A stretch of 64,000 bases of DNA from positions 1,302-65,301 of the IMG/VR virus record IMGVR_UViG_3300027764_000001; one strand, 5' to 3'. The position numbers and the translations under genes are program-made. The DNA is from a virus. Taxonomy: Duplodnaviria > Caudoviricetes. The first letter of the stretch is position 1. Every line of letters begins with the position of its first letter. Positions 56,131 to 64,000 of this stretch are shown here, one piece after another. The notes below the pieces were generated by a model, which saw nothing but the letters and a program-made list of their open reading frames with translations, was not told where the DNA came from and did not search any database.

Positions 56131-56877
56131 ATGGCAATAATCTATAGCTACCAAACAAATACGAATATATTAGCTACAGATCTTGTTATAGGTTCTTCAA
56201 CTAAAGTTGTAAACGGAAAAAATAGGAATGTAACTAAGAACTTTGAGATAGGCAGTATCGCCGAGTTCTACAATGAAATAAGCGCCATTGCTATCGCTGG
56301 TCAAAACAATTTCTTTTTTCAAAATCAGATTTCACCAGGTAGAAAACCAGGGTCAATTAGTTTTACAAGCGGAGGAGGAACAGGTACTTTGTTTAGCAAT
56401 ATAACTGTATTGCGTTTAAGTAAATTTGCCACATCAGGTAATCTTATTATAGACTATATAAATACTCTAGTAGGAGAAGCTATTATTATTGCGCAGTGTG
56501 ATGATCTAAACAATTTCGGTATATATAAGTTTATTAGCATAACGCCAGTTTCAGGTCAACCTAATTTTGTAGACATCGTAATAGAAGCTGTCAATGCTCA
56601 CGGTAGTATACTGCAAGATAAGTTTTACGCTATCGCGGTATATCCAGGGTTTGTTAATCCGGATATAGATCCTGGAGCAGGTGACAAGAATTTTGTATAT
56701 ACTCAATCTGTGCCTTCTACACTTTGGACAATAACTCACAATTTAGATAAGTTTCCTTCAGTAAGTGTTGTAAACATAAATAACGTTACAATGTACGGGA
56801 ATGTTGTTTATTTAAACGAAAACGAATTGCAAATAGAGTTTTCAGCTGGTTTTTCTGGCAAAGCATATATGAACTAA
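56131..56877 (+). CDS. putative structural/fibre-associated protein
   Basis: 248 aa; C-terminus WTITHNLDKFPSVSVV..G.V.Y..N.L.I.F. Confidence 0.55.
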   Translation: MAIIYSYQTNTNILATDLVIGSSTKVVNGKNRNVTKNFEIGSIAEFYNEISAIAIAGQNNFFFQNQISPGRKPGSISFTSGGGTGTLFSNITVLRLSKFATSGNLIIDYINTLVGEAIIIAQCDDLNNFGIYKFISITPVSGQPNFVDIVIEAVNAHGSILQDKFYAIAVYPGFVNPDIDPGAGDKNFVYTQSVPSTLWTITHNLDKFPSVSVVNINNVTMYGNVVYLNENELQIEFSAGFSGKAYMN

Positions 56878-56895
56878 TTAATAAAAAAAATAAAA

Positions 56896-58089
56896 ATGGC
56901 AATAAATTTTTTAAATAGCGTTAACCTAAATCAAAACGAGCTAATAAAAGCTAGGATTGAGAATCAACCAAACAACACAGCTGCCGGTACAGGTGTAGAA
57001 GGACAACTATACTACGACACAACATTAGACGTTTTAAAGGTATGGGCAAATGGTGCTTGGACTGAAGTTGGCGGTGGTGTAACTTCCTTAACGGCTACTG
57101 ATGGGACGTTTATAAATCTAACACCTAATACAACACAAAGTGGAGCAGCTACTTTAACAGCAGACCTTAGTGCAACAGGAACTCCTAGTAGTACAGTATA
57201 TTTAAGAGGTGATAATACTTGGTCCCCAATATCAGGAATATACAGTTGGTCAATACAAGGCGGAACAGGTGGACCTACAACTGTAGCATCAGGTACAAAT
57301 ATAACTTTTGCTGGAGGAACAAACGTAACAACAACATTAGTTGGTAGTACGTTAACAATAAATGCAACCAATGCAAATATCACATTGACTGGAGAAGTAA
57401 CTGGATCAGGTACAACTTCAATCACTACTACTGTAGCTAATAATGTTTTAGACATCGACAACTTTACTACCGCTACAATTGTAACAGCGGCAGAAGGAAT
57501 TGAAAACAACAACAACGATACTACATTACCAACTAGCGCGGCGGTTAAAGCTTATGTTGATGCATCTGTGGCTGGAGGTTTAATATACCAAGGTGGATAT
57601 GACGCAGCAACAAATACTCCCAACTTGGATTCGCCACCTACAATTGCAGGTATCAAAAAAGGTTGGACATATACTGTTACAGTAGAAGGAACATTCTTTA
57701 CAGAACAAGTTAGAGTTGGTGATGTATTAATTGCTGAAATCGACGCGCCTACAACATTAGCAAATTGGACTACTGTTCAAAACAACATTGACTTAGCCAG
57801 TTTAACACAAGTTGGTATTGGTAACGTAAATGCTGGAACAGGTATTGATGTATCTTATTCTTCTGGTACAGCTACTGTAAGTACTCAAGTTACTTCGTAT
57901 TCTACGACTATTAGCGCAACAGGTACAATTACACATAATTTAGGAACAAGAGATATAATAATTCAATTATACGATACTGTAACTTACGAAACAGTGTATT
58001 CTGATAATGTGAGAACAACTACAAATACAGCTACAATAACATTTGCATCCGCGCCTACAAATCCTATAAGAGTAGTAGTACAAAAATAA
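56896..58089 (+). CDS. putative head/tail fibre protein
   Basis: T/G-rich; GQLYYDTT, LPTSAAVKAYVD, GDVLIA, ITHNLGTRD motifs. Confidence 0.6.
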   Translation: MAINFLNSVNLNQNELIKARIENQPNNTAAGTGVEGQLYYDTTLDVLKVWANGAWTEVGGGVTSLTATDGTFINLTPNTTQSGAATLTADLSATGTPSSTVYLRGDNTWSPISGIYSWSIQGGTGGPTTVASGTNITFAGGTNVTTTLVGSTLTINATNANITLTGEVTGSGTTSITTTVANNVLDIDNFTTATIVTAAEGIENNNNDTTLPTSAAVKAYVDASVAGGLIYQGGYDAATNTPNLDSPPTIAGIKKGWTYTVTVEGTFFTEQVRVGDVLIAEIDAPTTLANWTTVQNNIDLASLTQVGIGNVNAGTGIDVSYSSGTATVSTQVTSYSTTISATGTITHNLGTRDIIIQLYDTVTYETVYSDNVRTTTNTATITFASAPTNPIRVVVQK

Positions 58090-58099
58090 AATTTAATAT

Positions 58100-61000
58100 A
58101 TGAAATTTAAAAGCGATATAGAGGTCCAGGCGGGTCTGAGGGATTCTTCAGGTGCCCTTGGTGCTTCTGGGCAAATACTATCTTCAACTAATGGCAATGT
58201 TAGTTGGGTAGCGTCCACAGTAAATACGGTTGCTAGAGACGTTCAGAATGAAGTTAAGGCGGGTGTCGCTATAAACAAAGGGCAGGCTGTATATGTAACA
58301 GGTGCTGACGGAACAAATATAATTGTAGGATTGGCATCTAACACATCTGAAGCTACGTCATCAAAAACTTTAGGTTTACTTAATGCAACAGTTGCTATTA
58401 ACGGTTTTGCAGATGTTGTGCAAATAGGTAGGTTAGCTGGATTGAATACAATCGGTGCTACCGTAGGAGATCCGGTATGGTTAGGTACAAATGGTAATCT
58501 TATTTATGGATTAACCAACAAGCCTTATGCTCCAGCACATTTAGTTTTCATTGGTGTAGTTACTAGAGTTAATGCTAACAATGGAGAAATATTTATAACG
58601 GTACAAAACGGATTTGAACTTAATGAAATCCACGATGTTGACTTAAAAACAACAGTGCCTATAAATGGAGATATATTAGGGTATAATGGTACTCTATGGG
58701 TTAACAAAACAATTGCTGGTTGGCTAGGTTACACACCTGCTAATGCAAGTGGTACAACAAACTACGTTTCTAAATTTACAGGATCTACAACATTAGGTAA
58801 TAGTCAAATATTTGACAATGGAACCAATGTTGGTATTGGAACTTCAAGTCCAATTTCTTTATTACATATAAATACTGCAACAACAAATCCAAACGCCTTA
58901 ACAGTTGGTAATAATAATAACGGAGCAATATATGGTTGCACGACATCTGGAAATCCAATCATAGGCGCTTTTAGTGGTGACTTACCAATTCAATTTGGAT
59001 ATTTTTCTGGGGGTTTTAATACGTCTTTTACCGAAAGAATGCGTATTGCTTCAAGCGGTAACGTTCTTATTGGTACAACAGCAGACTTAGGATATAAATT
59101 AACAGTAGCGGGAAATGGTAATAGTTTTAATGTAATAACCGCTGGTGCTGGCATAGATTTATACAGTACGGGTAACTTTGCTCCGCATTATCAAAGTGAT
59201 TTTAGTTGGTATACAGGTGTTCCAGGAGCAGGAACTTTTAGAGCAAGACTAGATGCTAATGGTAACTTTGGAATAGGAACTGCAAGTCCTTCTCAAAAGC
59301 TAGAGGTAAACGGTACTATATTAAGTACTGATGGAAGTTTTGGGACATTGGCTCTTGGAGCTATTAGCACAAGAATTGAAGGAAATGCAGCAACAAGAGA
59401 AATGAAGTTTTATACTTACAACTCTGAAAAAATGATTATTGACGGGTTAGGTAACGTGGGTATTGGGACGACATTACCTGGAAATAAATTACAAATTAGT
59501 GATGCTGATTCATCAGATCAACTTTTAAGACTTAGTGTTCAATATAATACAATTCGTTCGTTAAGAGGAGGTATTAATTGGCACGATGGAGGAAATACCA
59601 CAGGTCAAATTAGCACAGAGTACGATGGTACAATGGTTAGTATGACGTTTGGTAGTTTATATAGTTCAGGATATAATTCAAACACTCTAATGACTATTAG
59701 AGGAAATGGCAACGTAGGTATTGGAACAAGTAGTCCTGTAAACAAGTTGGAGGTAAATGGTAGGACACTTGTAAATGAATTACAATATACAAAAGCAATA
59801 AATATATCAAGCACAAATCTTAATGATTATACATTTGCTGGATTCTACAACGGAGAATCAATGACAAATGCTCCTAATAGTGGGTGGTTTTGGGTTACAG
59901 TTGAAAGATATTCAGGGGATGATGGTTGGGCACATCAAACAGCAACGTCTTTTGGAGCTGGAAACACAGCTAATGAGGTTTATACAAGAACAAAGACAGG
60001 TGGTACTTGGACACCTTGGAAAACTTTAACAACAAGTTCAGATATATCAGGTACAACGAATTATGTATCTAAGTTTACAGGTGCAAACTCGTTAGGAAAT
60101 AGTTTAATTTATGACAATGGTACGAATGTAGGAATAGGCACAACAAGTTCTGGAGTAAGATTTGTAAACGCAGGAGGTCCTCTTGCAAGTAATCCAATTC
60201 TTGGATCAGGAACAGTAGGTTCGCAAGCTTTAATATCAGAAAACGGTCTGTATGGTCAGTATTCTGGAGTTTCTGGTAGCGGAGATGTATGGCATCAAGT
60301 CCAAAGAAACGACGGAAATACAACTCCTTATAATTTATTATTACAACCAAGTGGTGGTAACGTTGGAATTGGAACAAGTAGTCCAACAAAAAGATTAGAT
60401 GTAGTTTCCTCAACTAACGATAGTTTTGATGCTATTGTAGTAAGACCTTTAAATCAAACACAAACATTAAATATAGGTTGGCAAGGAATATCGGCTTCTT
60501 TAAATTTCATTGTAAATGCAGGTGCTTCTGAAAGAATGAGAATAACCAATACAGGTAACACAGGTATAAACACATCAATCCCAGAAACAAAATTACAAAT
60601 AGAAGATGTTACAAAAGTATTAACAAATAATGTAGCAGGAGTTGCACAAGGAACTTTATCTTTGGCTTCTACTGACGCACAAGCTGCAAACATAGGAACT
60701 TCTTTATTGTTTGGAGGTAATTTTATTACTGGTAATCAAACTAGAATAGCTTATGCTGCTATAACAGGTAGAAAAGCAAATGGTTCATCAGGTAATGCTG
60801 ACGGCTATTTATCTTTCCTTACTTGGCGATCTACAGGTTTAACAGAAGCAATGCGAATTACGCCAGCAGGCTACCTGGGTATTGGAACAACAAGTCCAGG
60901 CGCAAAATTACACGTTGTAGGAGATACTTATGTTCAGTCAGGTGCTTTATTTACAGATACTATTGGAAGTTATTCAACAGGAAGTGTAACCTTGTGGCCA

Positions 61001-61234
61001 TCAACAAAATTTATTGTTCCATCTGAAAGCGTAGGTATTGGAACGACAACACCCGCTAGTTCTGCTGCTTTAGATATAACATCAACAACTCAAGGTTTCT
61101 TACCTCCTAGAATGGATGGAACCAGCAGAGACAACATAACTTCCCCCGCTGAAGGATTAATAATATGGAATACTGATATAAGAACAATAGAAGTGTTTGA
61201 TGGAACAAATTGGCAGAGAGTTGCTTTTGTATAA
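58100..61234 (+). CDS. tail fibre / receptor-binding protein
   Basis: Repeated GNVGIGT(T/S)SP units, knob domain (NLNDYTFAGFY..WTPWKTL), C-terminal QGFLPPRM..GLIIWNTD. Confidence 0.8.
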   Translation: MKFKSDIEVQAGLRDSSGALGASGQILSSTNGNVSWVASTVNTVARDVQNEVKAGVAINKGQAVYVTGADGTNIIVGLASNTSEATSSKTLGLLNATVAINGFADVVQIGRLAGLNTIGATVGDPVWLGTNGNLIYGLTNKPYAPAHLVFIGVVTRVNANNGEIFITVQNGFELNEIHDVDLKTTVPINGDILGYNGTLWVNKTIAGWLGYTPANASGTTNYVSKFTGSTTLGNSQIFDNGTNVGIGTSSPISLLHINTATTNPNALTVGNNNNGAIYGCTTSGNPIIGAFSGDLPIQFGYFSGGFNTSFTERMRIASSGNVLIGTTADLGYKLTVAGNGNSFNVITAGAGIDLYSTGNFAPHYQSDFSWYTGVPGAGTFRARLDANGNFGIGTASPSQKLEVNGTILSTDGSFGTLALGAISTRIEGNAATREMKFYTYNSEKMIIDGLGNVGIGTTLPGNKLQISDADSSDQLLRLSVQYNTIRSLRGGINWHDGGNTTGQISTEYDGTMVSMTFGSLYSSGYNSNTLMTIRGNGNVGIGTSSPVNKLEVNGRTLVNELQYTKAINISSTNLNDYTFAGFYNGESMTNAPNSGWFWVTVERYSGDDGWAHQTATSFGAGNTANEVYTRTKTGGTWTPWKTLTTSSDISGTTNYVSKFTGANSLGNSLIYDNGTNVGIGTTSSGVRFVNAGGPLASNPILGSGTVGSQALISENGLYGQYSGVSGSGDVWHQVQRNDGNTTPYNLLLQPSGGNVGIGTSSPTKRLDVVSSTNDSFDAIVVRPLNQTQTLNIGWQGISASLNFIVNAGASERMRITNTGNTGINTSIPETKLQIEDVTKVLTNNVAGVAQGTLSLASTDAQAANIGTSLLFGGNFITGNQTRIAYAAITGRKANGSSGNADGYLSFLTWRSTGLTEAMRITPAGYLGIGTTSPGAKLHVVGDTYVQSGALFTDTIGSYSTGSVTLWPSTKFIVPSESVGIGTTTPASSAALDITSTTQGFLPPRMDGTSRDNITSPAEGLIIWNTDIRTIEVFDGTNWQRVAFV

Positions 61235-61252
61235 AATAAATAACTAAATAAT

Positions 61253-61603
61253 ATGACAAATTTTAAATGGGTTTTTGGACCAATGGAATGCTACGTAGAT
61301 GTAGATGGATTAACGGATGTAGTATATACAGTTAACTGGAGATACAATGCTACAAGAGAAAATGATGGTAAAGAATACTTTGCTGGAATGTATGGTGCAA
61401 CAGGAGTTGCTTTCCCAGATCCAGCAACGTTTGTTCCTTATGATGAAATCACAGAGGAAATGACAATTGGTTGGATGGAATCTACTTTAGATGTTCCAGC
61501 AATGCAAGCAAACTTAGACAAACAGATTGATTTACAAATCAACCCTATTACAGTAACTTTACCTCCTCCTTTTGTAAACACTGAGATTACAGAAATTAAA
61601 TAA
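61253..61603 (+). CDS. fibre-associated/assembly protein
   Basis: 116 aa directly after the fibre; FVPYDEITEEMTIGW. Confidence 0.5.
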   Translation: MTNFKWVFGPMECYVDVDGLTDVVYTVNWRYNATRENDGKEYFAGMYGATGVAFPDPATFVPYDEITEEMTIGWMESTLDVPAMQANLDKQIDLQINPITVTLPPPFVNTEITEIK

Positions 61604-61605
61604 CA

Positions 61606-61803
61606 ATGAGTACAAAAGAAAAAGTAGATCTATTTTTAAACAAGTGGGTTAGTAGAAAATTAACTGTATTTGTAATAGCTTCCATAGGATTATTCTCTGG
61701 AAGTCTTACATCTACTGATTGGGTTATTGTTGCAACTTCCTATATAACAATAGAAGGAGTTACAAATATTGTTGAACGTCTAATGAAAACTAAAAATGTC
61801 TAA
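61606..61803 (+). CDS. holin-like membrane protein
   Basis: Two hydrophobic segments, SRKL..F start, upstream of the endolysin. Confidence 0.55.
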   Translation: MSTKEKVDLFLNKWVSRKLTVFVIASIGLFSGSLTSTDWVIVATSYITIEGVTNIVERLMKTKNV

Positions 61804-61975
61804 CACAGATCTTAAACTTTACACGCTAAATAGTATAACTATGGCATTAAGCTTTTCAAACTTAGAAAACACTTTAAAAATAGTGTTATTGATAGCATCG
61901 ATATTCTACACTATATTAAAAACAGTAGAAACATTAAGAAATAAGAAAAATGACGACAAAGGAGACAATAACTAA
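61796..61975 (+). CDS. second holin-like membrane protein (59 aa, not in the ORF track)
   Basis: Hand-translated [59 protein letters not shown]. Confidence 0.55.
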   Translation: MSNTDLKLYTLNSITMALSFSNLENTLKIVLLIASIFYTILKTVETLRNKKNDDKGDNN

Positions 61976-62414
61976 ATACGGTAAACCAAATATAACTGGC
62001 GAAGGTTACTTAGTTACTATATTATTACCTTATCCAATGCGTTTAGCTTGGGACACGGGAACTGTGGTACACAAGATGAGATGTCATAAGCTAGTGTCAG
62101 GTAGATTTTTAGCGGTTTTTAATGAGATTCATCGCAAATATGGTTATGAGAAGATAAAAGAACTAGGTATTGATTTGTTTGGTGGTTGTTTTAACTTTAG
62201 AAAAATGAGAGGTGGAAATGACTGGAGTAAACACTCATGGGCAATAGCTATTGATTTAGATCCAGGAAGAAACCAATTGAAAGAAACAAGTAAAACCGCA
62301 AGGTTTGCAAGACCAGAGTATAAAGCGATGATTGACATTTTTTATAAACATGGGTTTATATCTTTAGGAAGAGAAAAGAATTACGATTGGATGCATTTTG
62401 AAATAAAAGAATAA
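61950..62414 (+). CDS. endolysin, peptidase M15 family
   Basis: [19 protein letters not shown]...DWMHFE Zn ligands. Confidence 0.85.
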   Translation: MTTKETITKYGKPNITGEGYLVTILLPYPMRLAWDTGTVVHKMRCHKLVSGRFLAVFNEIHRKYGYEKIKELGIDLFGGCFNFRKMRGGNDWSKHSWAIAIDLDPGRNQLKETSKTARFARPEYKAMIDIFYKHGFISLGREKNYDWMHFEIKE

Positions 62415-62418
62415 AACT

Positions 62419-62883
62419 ATGAAATATATTTTAATATTATTATCTACTATGTTTTTTGCATGTGGTGCAAGAAAAGTAAACAAACAAGAAAAAGTAGAAG
62501 AAAAATTAACCACAGAGGTTATTATGCAGAAAGATTCGGTAGTTGAAGTTGTTAAGACAGAGATTAAATACGATGTAGAAACGCATGAAATAGAAGTAAC
62601 CGCAATTGATTCAACAAAAGAATTCGTAGTTGAAGGAAAGAAGTATTTTAACGCACGTATTAAGATCAAAAAGAAAAAAGACAACACTATATACTCTGAA
62701 GACAATAAAGTGTCTAAGACTAGTTTAAAACAGTCTAAAACAGTGATTAAAGAATTAAAGAAAGATAAGGTTAAAACAGTGGATAAAAAAGCTAGTTATG
62801 CTTGGATCTCATGGTTGTTGATTTTATTATTAATACTTTATACAATATGGAGAAATAGAAGAAGACTCATTGGTTTATTGTAA
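62419..62883 (+). CDS. unimolecular spanin-like lipoprotein
   Basis: Lipobox-like MFFAC plus C-terminal TM WISWLLILLLILYTIW and basic tail, after the endolysin. Confidence 0.7.
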   Translation: MKYILILLSTMFFACGARKVNKQEKVEEKLTTEVIMQKDSVVEVVKTEIKYDVETHEIEVTAIDSTKEFVVEGKKYFNARIKIKKKKDNTIYSEDNKVSKTSLKQSKTVIKELKKDKVKTVDKKASYAWISWLLILLLILYTIWRNRRRLIGLL

Positions 62884-62891
62884 AAGTTACA

Positions 62892-62908
62892 AAAAACGAG
62901 TGATATAT
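62892..62908 (+). promoter_or_regulatory. putative late promoter motif
   Basis: AAAAACGAGTGATATAT before groEL. Confidence 0.4.
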
Positions 62909-62936
62909 GAAGTAAGTAATCTAATCAAATTAAAAA

Positions 62937-64000
62937 ATGTCAGAAGCAATAGTTAAAAATCTAAGCTTTGGTACTGAAGCAAGTAGCAAGGTATTTGAAG
63001 GAATAGAAAAACTAACAAGAGCAGTTAGTTCTACGTTAGGAGCAAGTGGTAAATGTGTTTTACTAGAAGATCAGTTTGGTAATCCAACGATAACAAAAGA
63101 TGGTGTAACAGTAGCTGATTCTATAATCTTGCTAGATCCTGTTGAAAACATGGGAGCTAAACTTCTTAAAGAAGCGGCAAGAAAAACAGTAAGAGAAGCA
63201 GGTGATGGTACTACAACGGCCACGGTGTTAGCTCATGCTATTTTAAAAGAAGCTTATGCTTCAAAAGAAGCAAACACAAGAAAAATAAAAGAAGGAATAA
63301 ACAAAGCTGTTGAAAACGTTATAAAGTATTTAGATTCAGTATCTATACTTGTTGACGACAACATGCTTGATCAAATAGCTACTATATCAACTAATAATGA
63401 TCCTGAATTAGGAAAAATAGTTGGCGATGCATTTAGATCAGTAGGTAACACTGGTATTGTAATGATGGAAACATCTGTTAATCCAGAATGTAGTTTACAA
63501 GTGGTAGAAGGAGTTCAGTGTGAAATGGGATTAACTAATTCTCACTTTATTACTAACCAAAAGAATAAGACAGCAGAACTAGATAATCCATTGGTGTTAT
63601 TAATTGAATCTCCTGTTGATAGTATTAGACAGATACAGTCTGTTTTAGAGTACGTAATAAAGAATAACAAATCATTGCTTGTAGTTGCAGATTTAGACCA
63701 AGTGGTTTTATCTACATTAGCAATGAACAAATCAAAAGGTAACATAAAAGTGAACGTTATAAACGCTCCTACTTTCGGTGTTAACAGAAAAGAAATATTT
63801 GATGATTTAGCTTTATTGACTGGAGCTACATTAATCAACGAAGATCTAGGAGATGATCTAGATTTAATACAACCAGATTTATTAGGAACATGTTTAAAAA
63901 GTGTTACTAATCATGAAGAGACAATACTTCACGTAGAAGAAAGTTCTGAGGAAGTATTAAGCATTATAGATGATATTAAAAAATCATTACTAGAAAAGAA
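62937..64000 (+). CDS. groEL: chaperonin GroEL (partial, runs off the window)
   Basis: Hand-translated [61 protein letters not shown]. Confidence 0.93.
   Translation, partial: MSEAIVKNLSFGTEASSKVFEGIEKLTRAVSSTLGASGKCVLLEDQFGNPTITKDGVTVADSIILLDPVENMGAKLLKEAARKTVREAGDGTTTATVLAHAILKEAYASKEANTRKIKEGINKAVENVIKYLDSVSILVDDNMLDQIATISTNNDPELGKIVGDAFRSVGNTGIVMMETSVNPECSLQVVEGVQCEMGLTNSHFITNQKNKTAELDNPLVLLIESPVDSIRQIQSVLEYVIKNNKSLLVVADLDQVVLSTLAMNKSKGNIKVNVINAPTFGVNRKEIFDDLALLTGATLINEDLGDDLDLIQPDLLGTCLKSVTNHEETILHVEESSEEVLSIIDDIKKSLLEK

Noticed and set aside
58100-61234. Diversity-generating retroelement acting on the tail fibre
   Set aside because: No reverse transcriptase in the window; the duplicated blocks are both coding and differ at all base types, not specifically adenines
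714-63838. Numerous 60-170 aa antisense ORFs in the six-frame track (e.g. 3603-3980, 43609-44079, 57012-57515, 63542-63838)
   Set aside because: They shadow longer, motif-bearing genes on the opposite strand and show complement-of-codon-bias composition
1-64000. Stop-codon reassignment (prompted by the UCA-centred tRNA-like RNA)
   Set aside because: Long genes are intact under code 11; TGA and TAG serve as real stops (for example the ATGA overlap at 49957-49960)
1-64000. Prophage or temperate lifestyle
   Set aside because: No integrase, repressor/antirepressor switch or host flanking genes; GroEL is in phage context with a phage-type upstream motif

Overview
AT-rich (about 30% GC by eye) segment of a lytic tailed dsDNA phage with podovirus-like, crAss-like virion gene architecture. 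The host is probably Bacteroidota/Flavobacteriia; this is inferred from the terminase/portal/capsid style, GNVGIGT-repeat fibre and u-spanin. Layout: (i) 1-33.9 kb, + strand: small basic proteins, a tRNA-Met-like gene, tandem GroES-like protein, TerL, portal, scaffold, major capsid, tail and ejection proteins, and a 3232-aa giant virion protein. (ii) 33.9-54.0 kb, - strand: 2OG-Fe(II) oxygenase, class II RNR, endonuclease I, MazG-like proteins, thymidylate-synthase-family enzyme, primase-helicase, SSB, exonuclease, ERF, sigma factor, HTH protein, vWA + MoxR ATPase, two tRNA-like RNAs, many small early ORFs, and a triplicated gene. (iii) 54.4-64 kb, + strand: small basic proteins, fibre genes, lysis cassette and GroEL (truncated by the window). 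Most notable: a sigma-region-2-like segment inside the giant virion protein, which is punctuated by (V/I)KFSL motifs (two on a perfect 20-bp direct repeat); 7-8 non-host-like early promoters (CACGGACTTA-N15-GATAATAT); a second motif (GTGAT[T/A]A) before replication and late genes; twin 46-bp inverted-repeat sites; and an Asp-type (dCMP-specific-looking) thymidylate synthase homologue. All family calls are from motif recognition by eye; no searches were run.
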